The position numbers were made by a program, and so were the translations under genes. The notes below the pieces were generated by a model that worked only from the letters and a program-made list of their open reading frames with translations, was not told the origin of the DNA and did not search any database. This document shows, piece after piece, positions 48,691-55,651 of a DNA stretch of 64,000 nucleotides; within the stretch, counting starts at the first letter, position 1; each line of letters starts with the position of its first letter. This DNA is from a virus: positions 1-64,000 of IMG/VR virus record IMGVR_UViG_3300044613_003770, one strand, 5' to 3'.

Positions 48691-48797
48691 GCAAGAAAGT
48701 TAGCATGGGATTCAGATAACGCAACAAAAAAGTGTTTTTTATTTATTTTTTTTTGTGTGTTTTTTCTTTACTTTTTGCAATTCGTTGAGCGTAAGAA

Positions 48798-48840
48798 ACT
48801 TACAGCTATCGGACCCCGTAGGGGTCGCGGCGGTGTAAGT
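48798..48840 (+). repeat. 43-bp element copy 8
   Basis: ACTTAC AGCTATCG GACCCC GTA GGGGTC GCGGCGGT GTAAGT. Confidence 0.95.
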
Positions 48841-48964
48841 TTTTGATTTCCAATGACTTACAACGGCAGCGGCAATGTAGTTATGCTATGCACTATGTGC
48901 CATACTACTACAAGCGTAGTAGTAAAGCACACAGCGTTTGCAATGATGTCTTGTAGTTCTTCAC

Positions 48965-49192
48965 TCATACAGACAAGTCGCAGTCTTCTTCTAGAAATTC
49001 CATTGCGGCTTCTTGTGCGTAGTCAAGTAGCTCACTCATGGGAGTCATGCTGTCTGCTTCTTCTATCATCTCTTCCAATGTGTCCACGTGATCACATAGA
49101 AGAGCGGTATCAGGTAGATCATCGAGTGACAAGCCTGTGATGGCGTAGACTTGTGCGTTGATCATCTTTCGTGCTTTGTTTCGTGCGCTCAT
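48965..49192 (-). CDS. acidic hypothetical protein
   Basis: GLSLDDLPD motif; A/C-rich leader. Confidence 0.65.
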   Translation of the reverse strand: MSARNKARKMINAQVYAITGLSLDDLPDTALLCDHVDTLEEMIEEADSMTPMSELLDYAQEAAMEFLEEDCDLSV

Positions 49193-49454
49193 GGTGTGTG
49201 TGTTGTTATTGGTTGATTGGTGTAGTGTCTTTCATATTATTATGCTTGTGTGTGTTAGTTATGCTTAACATAGGATTGAAGATGTGCAAGCGCATACATA
49301 GTCGCGCCAAAGGTTAAAAAACATATAGCGTCGAACACTTCGCTTCGTCCTCCGTAGATACAGAAGGCGCAAAGGCTAAAGACAGGCGACATGGTGATGA
49401 TGGCAGAGCCAAGGATTGTGATGATGTGTTTCATTTTTTTTCTATGTGTTATGT

Positions 49455-49649
49455 TTACCAGACTTTGATGATTTCAATTTGATTCGAACCGATAAAAGCG
49501 ATGTCGTTGCAAAGATCGCGATAGATGATGACAAAGCCGCCGTCGAGCGTGTTCCTATCGGTGACGCTACCGCAGAAGCGACGACCTTCATAGCGAAAGT
49601 CTACAGTAGAGTTAATGCGTGGGCGGGTGGTGGTAGTTGTGTTGGACAT
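49455..49649 (-). CDS. small beta-rich protein, paralogue 2
   Basis: TTGTGT-N16-TAACTT-N6-ATG; GSVTDR.TLDG.F.IIYRD shared with 48064. Confidence 0.75.
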   Translation of the reverse strand: MSNTTTTTRPRINSTVDFRYEGRRFCGSVTDRNTLDGGFVIIYRDLCNDIAFIGSNQIEIIKVW

Positions 49650-49763
49650 GGGAGAAAGTTAGCAGATGAGAGAGGGAACACAAGAAAAAAATCATTTATT
49701 TTTTTTTACGAAACTGCAATTTTTTTCTTGACAAATAGATATGCGGGGGGGTTTGGGGGGGCG

Positions 49764-49946
49764 CAAATAGCAAATGAATAAATAGCAAATTATCAAATAG
49801 CAAATAGCAAATGAATAAATAGTAAATAGATTAGCGATTGGGTAATGATTAGCGTGGCGGTAATCATTAGCGTGGCAGTCATGTATTCGCGTGGAATCCT
49901 TAGTGTGGAGGTAATCATTAGCGTGGAACAAATCATTAGCGTGGAA
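49764..49946 (+). repeat. AAATAGC heptamer tract followed by about 6 iteron-like TAATCATTAGCGTGG units
   Basis: Heptamer variants at 49764-49830; mostly 18-bp-period units at 49841-49946. Confidence 0.85.
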
Positions 49947-50038
49947 CATAGGTTTCGGGGGTGGCGGTCGCGTAAGTTTTCGGGGTGGGTCTGGGCATAA
50001 GTTGGGCGGGGTGGTTTCCCACCCCGCCTTGCCTTGGG

Positions 50039-50236
50039 TCATGCCTTGCGCCACGAGCGCAAGACTTGCGCCGCATAGTCGCGGGGGACATTAAAACTCT
50101 TCCCGTCTTTGTAAATGCCCGCGCCATTGGGAGTCATGACATAGTTTCGGATCGTGAAGAGGTGGAAATTTCCACAAGGGGAAAAATGGGAGTTCGTGCG
50201 AAAATTGCCTTTTCTGAGATAGCTTTTGATTTTCAT
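50039..50236 (-). CDS. basic hypothetical protein
   Basis: 65-aa ORF. Confidence 0.55.
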   Translation of the reverse strand: MKIKSYLRKGNFRTNSHFSPCGNFHLFTIRNYVMTPNGAGIYKDGKSFNVPRDYAAQVLRSWRKA

Positions 50237-50291
50237 GAGTCTGATTTTTTAAGGTTGGCAGGGCCGCCCTTGCGGCCCTGCTTGTCGTGGT

Positions 50292-50636
50292 TTAGCCCTT
50301 GGCGATACCTTGCCAAGTGGCGCGGGTTGCGGTTTGTCCTTCAACCCTCCCAAGAGCGGCGGCCTTGCAAAGGGTCTGGAATTTTTCGACCGCTTTTTTT
50401 TCAGCGGCGGACATAAAGGAAAGGGCGGATTCCTTGTCAGCATTGGAAACACTCGCGCTTGCCTTCGTGGTGATTTCCTCGCCGACGATTTCCAGCGCAA
50501 GCGTGAAGCTGTAGGCGTGACCATCGGGACTTGCTCCCATAGCGAGAGCGATTTCGCCAATGGTGGATGTTCCTTTGATGGGAAGCGCGATCTTGCTCGC
50601 GCTGGGCTTCGTGGTGGTGGTGGTGGTGGTGGTCAT
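50292..50636 (-). CDS. hypothetical protein with poly-Thr N-terminus
   Basis: MTTTTTTTTKPSASK...; hairpin GCAGGGCCGC/GCGGCCCTGC downstream. Confidence 0.7.
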   Translation of the reverse strand: MTTTTTTTTKPSASKIALPIKGTSTIGEIALAMGASPDGHAYSFTLALEIVGEEITTKASASVSNADKESALSFMSAAEKKAVEKFQTLCKAAALGRVEGQTATRATWQGIAKG

Positions 50637-50924
50637 GTGATGGAGTCGCTCGCGGCGACAAAGGAAAGATGCCACAAGCGGGAAAAATTGAAAGATTTTT
50701 CTTCGATTTTCTGAAAAAAGTTTTTTCAACGAAATGCGAAATTTTCTTGACAGCCTCCCCCCATTTCTCGGAAAAATTGCAAACGAACATCGCAGCCATC
50801 GGGGGGGGGACACTTTTTTCAATCTCCCCTAAAAATTACAATATTAGTATTTTCGTTGGCCTCAAAAAAAATCCGCCACTTAATTTCAAAAAACCTAATA
50901 AAATATTTAGTGTAATCATTAAGT

Positions 50925-51788
50925 ATGATATATAGAGATTTACCTATTTTTGTTGGCACAGCAAATCAAAATCCAAATACAATAAATAATAACTATTATT
51001 TGATGGCATCTCAGGTATCTATAGATATGTCCGCTGGCGGTCAAGCCAAAAGAAAAATAAATCAATCAATAAATCAATCCGACCAATTTACTCATCCAAA
51101 CCCTTTAGTTTGCAGAGTTAGCTTTCAATCTTATATACCAGGAAGTGATATAGAAGGATTTGTAATACCAGATTTATCATGGGCCGCGAAAATAATATTC
51201 ACTCAGGCTACTGGAGATAATTATCATGCAATAAAAATTGGAGAAAGTATTTTTGATAAATGCTACTTAAGTAATTATACAGTAAGCATAGATCCTTTTA
51301 GACCTGTCCAGCTTACAGCTGAGTTTATATGTAATGATCCACCGACTGGGTATGGCATATCAGAAAAAATCAATGGTGTAGATTCTTTCGTCGGTTCTAT
51401 AAGTTTTGCTGATAATATTATTCATGGTCATACATGCAATGTAATTGGGGCTAATAATATAGTTAGTGAAATTCAATCCTCAATCAAATATCAAGTAACA
51501 TGCAATAGAACGCCAGTATATGGCATTGGTTCAATTATGCCATCATCAATGATTTTAGATGAAATAGAAAGACAAATGGATATAAGTTCTACTGATATAT
51601 CATCAATAATTAATCAAGAAGGCGCGAAATTAACTTCTCCAGTTACTGTGGCGTTAAAACATAGCAACAGTTCAATTACTGCTTATTTAAATATGAATGC
51701 AGGATCAAAAATATTGTCCCAAAAAATACAAATGCAAGAAGGAGATTCTTTGATGACTGAAGTATCAATTAAAGAGTTTTTAGTGTAA
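50925..51788 (+). CDS. structural-region hypothetical protein (tail-tube-like, tentative)
   Basis: GTGTAA motif upstream; beta-rich two-domain look, RTPVYGIG. Confidence 0.5.
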   Translation: MIYRDLPIFVGTANQNPNTINNNYYLMASQVSIDMSAGGQAKRKINQSINQSDQFTHPNPLVCRVSFQSYIPGSDIEGFVIPDLSWAAKIIFTQATGDNYHAIKIGESIFDKCYLSNYTVSIDPFRPVQLTAEFICNDPPTGYGISEKINGVDSFVGSISFADNIIHGHTCNVIGANNIVSEIQSSIKYQVTCNRTPVYGIGSIMPSSMILDEIERQMDISSTDISSIINQEGAKLTSPVTVALKHSNSSITAYLNMNAGSKILSQKIQMQEGDSLMTEVSIKEFLV

Positions 51789-51799
51789 ATAAATACAAC

Positions 51800-52516
51800 A
51801 TGGCTCGCAAGAAAAATGAGAGGGAGACGGGTTCATTGGAGATTCAACCAGCCTTTGAACGAACAATAAAATTCAAATCAAGAAAATTCAAATTCACACC
51901 AAAACAAAAAATCTTTTTAGATATTTTACTTGATGAAGAAACAAAAATAATATTTTGCTCTGGGCCAGCAGGTTCTAGTAAAACTTATATGTCGCTTTAT
52001 GGGTGTTTGCAGTTAATGCAAGCAGACCCCGAAAAAGATTTATTATATATCAGAAGTATTGCTGAAAGTGCAGATAAAGGATTAGGAGCGCTTCCTGGCG
52101 ATATAGCTGAAAAATTTGATCCATTTTTAATGCCCTTATATGATAAACTTGAAGAAATTATACATGAGGGTGATGCGGCGTTTTTAAAAGCAAATGGAAG
52201 AATTGGCGCGGCTCCAATTAATTTTTTAAGAGGTGCAAGTTGGCAAAATAAATTGATTGTTGCTGATGAAGCTCAAAACTTCACTTTAAAAGAATTAACC
52301 ACATTGATTACTAGAATTGGAGAAAATACAAAAATAATTATCTGCGGCGACTTCATGCAAAGCGATATTATAAAAAGCGGCTTCGGCCATATGTTTAATT
52401 TATTTGATGACGACGAATCATCAAGTAATGGTATACGTTCATTTAAATTTAATGAATCAGATATCGTAAGAAGTGAAATTTTAAAATTTATTATCGCCCG
52501 ACTTAGTAAACAATAA
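51800..52516 (+). CDS. phoH: PhoH-family ATPase
   Basis: GPAGSSKT, LGALPG, FLRG, DEAQN, TRIG, GD..QSD, DIVRS. Confidence 0.95.
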   Translation: MARKKNERETGSLEIQPAFERTIKFKSRKFKFTPKQKIFLDILLDEETKIIFCSGPAGSSKTYMSLYGCLQLMQADPEKDLLYIRSIAESADKGLGALPGDIAEKFDPFLMPLYDKLEEIIHEGDAAFLKANGRIGAAPINFLRGASWQNKLIVADEAQNFTLKELTTLITRIGENTKIIICGDFMQSDIIKSGFGHMFNLFDDDESSSNGIRSFKFNESDIVRSEILKFIIARLSKQ

Positions 52517-52642
52517 AAGTGTAATTATATAAAACAGATAATCTTACGCTCAACTGCGAAAAGTTAATAAAAAATCAACAAGATGCACTGTTTTTGTCTT
52601 TAAAATTAGAAAAAAATAAAAAAATACTTATAAATAATAAGT

Positions 52643-52978
52643 ATGAATCACATATTTTGCTCTAACTGCGGGAACAAGATACAATATAATTTAGCAAAAC
52701 CAAACTTTTGTACAAAGTGTGGTAATTCACTATCGTCTCTAACCGCTTCGAGCCAAGTGGTTGAAAAAAAAGTTGTGCCAAAATTGGATATTGATCTTGA
52801 AGAAGATGAAACCGATATCGATGATATACCGAACTTAAGAAAAATCGCAGTTGAAATTGAAAATTTTTCTGAAAATTCATCGTTCACATTAGGAAATTTA
52901 TTTGGCACTCCAACCCAAGCATTCAAAGGGCGTAAAAACCGTTCTGTAGATGAATTTATTGATGAAAAGAAAGCCTAA
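52643..52978 (+). CDS. zinc-ribbon protein
   Basis: FCSNCG...FCTKCG plus acidic tail. Confidence 0.75.
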   Translation: MNHIFCSNCGNKIQYNLAKPNFCTKCGNSLSSLTASSQVVEKKVVPKLDIDLEEDETDIDDIPNLRKIAVEIENFSENSSFTLGNLFGTPTQAFKGRKNRSVDEFIDEKKA

Positions 52979-53663
52979 ATATAAATTTGAGGATTTTTCT
53001 GAAATCATAGATTCTTCAATCAAAAGACAAAGAGCAAAATGGCAGTTAAATGCCATTAACTGGTTTGATTTTGATGATGTAGAACAGATAATTAAGGTCC
53101 ATATTCATAAAAAATGGCATATGTGGGATCAAGAACGCCCATTAGAGCCATGGATAGGTAGGATCATCTCTAATCAGATTAGAAATTTAATTAGAAATCA
53201 TTATGGTAATTATATAAAGCCATGTAATGGTTGTCAATTTAGTCTTGATGATGATAAATGCTCCATAACTGCAAGTAATTTGCAAGACTCACAATGCAAA
53301 TTATACGAAAAATGGGAAAGTCAAAAAAAAGCTGGATTAGAGCTTAAAACTACACTTTCTATAGAAAATCATATGAGCGAAGTTTGTTCTAAGCCAGATG
53401 ATGATTTTTGTTATGAATCTTCTGTAGAGAAATTAAATCAATATATGAAAAAAGAGCTAAATCCAATTCATTATAAAGCTTATAAGATGTTATTTTTCGA
53501 AGATTGCAATGAAGAAGATGTGGCAAAATTTATGGGATACAAAACTAATGAAAAAAAACGAAAAGCTGGTTATCGCCAAGTCAAAAATCTTAAAAAAACA
53601 TTTCAAGCCAAGGCCGAGGAAATAATTAAAAAATTTGATATCATTATTCATGAACCTAACTAA
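52962..53663 (+). CDS. phage sigma70-like (ECF-size) sigma factor
   Basis: Region 2-like DDVEQ...W....L.PWI.RI..NQIRN..R; region 4-like HTH L...YKML......EDVAKFMG; Cys insert between. Confidence 0.7.
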   Translation: MKRKPKYKFEDFSEIIDSSIKRQRAKWQLNAINWFDFDDVEQIIKVHIHKKWHMWDQERPLEPWIGRIISNQIRNLIRNHYGNYIKPCNGCQFSLDDDKCSITASNLQDSQCKLYEKWESQKKAGLELKTTLSIENHMSEVCSKPDDDFCYESSVEKLNQYMKKELNPIHYKAYKMLFFEDCNEEDVAKFMGYKTNEKKRKAGYRQVKNLKKTFQAKAEEIIKKFDIIIHEPN

Positions 53664-54699
53664 AGAACAACAAGAATTTATCGCAAAAGAAGCAAAGAAT
53701 AATACAAATTTAAATGAATTAACTCAAAAATGCTTTAATAACGATGATTTAGATGGTCGCTCCAAAGAAGGGCGGTTAGTTCGTCAATTTTTAATTGAAA
53801 ATGAAATTAAATTTATTACAAGTCGTCGTCCAAAAAAAGATGAAATTAATTTTTCACAACAACAAAAAGATTTTATTATACAACAAGCGGAAGCTGGCTT
53901 ATCTTCTTTAAAAATAGCTGAAATAATTTTTCCAGATAGAGATGTAAAGCCTTTAAGCAACGAACAAAGGAGTGTTTTAGAAGCAATTAAAGAAATAAAT
54001 CCTGATTTTCTACCATCACAAGATTCTGGGGCATTAAATGATTATATAGCCCCAAAATCACCCCCAAGGATAGTTAAAAAGATTAATGATGCTACTGGGA
54101 TGAATTTAGATGAAGCAAAATTAAATAGACCAATGAAAATTTGTGTCGAAAGATTGGGTATTAATTTAAATAATTCTAGATTCGTTAAAATCGTCAATAA
54201 CTATCTATCAAAAAGCGATCGGGAGTTATTTGAACAAGAATTTATTCGTTTAACATGGGATAAGCCAGATTTAACTGCAGATGAAATTAATTTATATTTA
54301 AATGTCTGCAAGGAAATCATTAATTTGGAAGTAATTAGCTGTCATTTGAATAAATTAAATGAAATGTTTGATATAGCTGATGATCAAAACGAAATGAGCG
54401 TTCGTTTATCAGAGATAATTAAAGCAAAAAGCAGCGAATACCATCAATGCGAAAATCGCATAGAAAATTTAACAAAAAAACTTCAAGGTGATAGAGCTGA
54501 AAGAATGAAAAGCAGACAAAAAGAAAATGCTTCGATTTTATCAATAGTTCAATTATTTCAAGAACAAGATGAAAGACAAAACATGGTTCGTATAGCAGAA
54601 ATGCAAAAAGAATTAGTCAAAGAAGAGGCTAATCGTTTAGAAGGAATGTCTGAATGGAAAGCCAGGGTCTTAGGAATATATCAAGATGATGTCATTTAA
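53650..54699 (+). CDS. helical hypothetical protein (possible terminase small subunit)
   Basis: Two HTH-like repeats plus C-terminal coiled coil, two genes upstream of terL. Confidence 0.5.
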   Translation: MNLTKEQQEFIAKEAKNNTNLNELTQKCFNNDDLDGRSKEGRLVRQFLIENEIKFITSRRPKKDEINFSQQQKDFIIQQAEAGLSSLKIAEIIFPDRDVKPLSNEQRSVLEAIKEINPDFLPSQDSGALNDYIAPKSPPRIVKKINDATGMNLDEAKLNRPMKICVERLGINLNNSRFVKIVNNYLSKSDRELFEQEFIRLTWDKPDLTADEINLYLNVCKEIINLEVISCHLNKLNEMFDIADDQNEMSVRLSEIIKAKSSEYHQCENRIENLTKKLQGDRAERMKSRQKENASILSIVQLFQEQDERQNMVRIAEMQKELVKEEANRLEGMSEWKARVLGIYQDDVI

Positions 54700-55651
54700 A
54701 TGCAAAGAGTGTAATCAGGAATTTCCTGGTTTAAAAAACCTCCATACGCATATCAAAAAACATGATATGTTTCTTGGGGACTATTATGTAAAACATTTTC
54801 AAAGAAAAAATAAATTAACGGGCGAATTATTACCATTTAAAAATTATGATGATTATTTTGAAAAAGATTTCTCTCAACCAAAACAACTTCAAGAATGGTG
54901 TGAAAAAGCATCTTTTATGGATGTTAAAGAATATATTATCGAATTAATGGATAGGAGAATCAAGGCAAAGAATCTTAATTCAGGTTTAAGTTCTCTTGAG
55001 CTTTGGACTGCTGGTTTGCCTGATATTGACATGTATAAAAAATACTTTGGGAGTTATACTGATGCATGTAAAAAATGTTTAATCGAACCAATGTTTAATG
55101 GAAAATTACCCAAAGAGTTTTGGAATGATTATTCAAACATAAAAATTCTAATTGATACTAGAGAACAAAAACCATTATGGTTTAATAAATCAGAGATTTT
55201 AAAATTAGATATAGGAGATTATGCTGTTTCTGGAGATAAATATGATTATACTTATGTAGACCGCAAATCTTTCAATGACTTCTGTGGTACAGTTACATCA
55301 TCTTACAATAGATTTGTTAAAGAGTTGGAGAGGTGCAGGAGTTTAGGCTGTTATTTATTTATTGTTATAGAAGCACCCCTTCATAAGATGGATGAATACA
55401 ACAAAAATAGTTATAAAAAATTCAACCTTAATTATGTTTTTCATAACATGAGGCAGCTACAAAGAGATTACAGCAATTGTTGTCAATTTGTCTTTAGTGG
55501 CTCTAGAGGTTTGAGTGCAGAATTAATACCAAAATTATTGATACTCGGAAAATCCTTATGGAAGACTGATATGCAGTATTTTTGGTCAAAAAGAATAGAA
55601 AAATATGGCTTGGATAACAGGAGTACAAAAGAGGAGAAAAAGATTTCCTAA
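54689..55651 (+). CDS. C2H2 zinc finger + ERCC4/XPF-type nuclease
   Basis: CKEC...H...H; IDTREQ, L..GDY, DRKS..D, E..R, IVIE. Confidence 0.8.
   Translation: MSFKCKECNQEFPGLKNLHTHIKKHDMFLGDYYVKHFQRKNKLTGELLPFKNYDDYFEKDFSQPKQLQEWCEKASFMDVKEYIIELMDRRIKAKNLNSGLSSLELWTAGLPDIDMYKKYFGSYTDACKKCLIEPMFNGKLPKEFWNDYSNIKILIDTREQKPLWFNKSEILKLDIGDYAVSGDKYDYTYVDRKSFNDFCGTVTSSYNRFVKELERCRSLGCYLFIVIEAPLHKMDEYNKNSYKKFNLNYVFHNMRQLQRDYSNCCQFVFSGSRGLSAELIPKLLILGKSLWKTDMQYFWSKRIEKYGLDNRSTKEEKKIS

Noticed and set aside
40931-48840. 43-bp repeats as a CRISPR array
   Set aside because: Intervals are 0.4-2.8 kb and contain genes, orientation is mixed, and no cas genes are present
40931-48840. Canonical integron attC sites
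   Set aside because: Ends are AACTTAC/GTAAGTT rather than RYYYAAC/GTTRRRY, cassettes carry their own promoters, and there is no intI in the window; kept only as an analogy
40931-48840. Elements as ordinary intrinsic terminators
   Set aside because: No T run abuts the GC stem, spacing is rigid on both sides, and separate terminators exist next to them (e.g. 43036-43066); not fully excluded
49692-50054. 120-aa ORF with FHANDY repeats
   Set aside because: More simply a read-through of the 18-bp and heptamer DNA repeats; no promoter support
41383-50935. Numerous + strand track ORFs in the GC-richer module
   Set aside because: Shadow frames of reverse-strand genes; promoters and protein motifs support the minus strand
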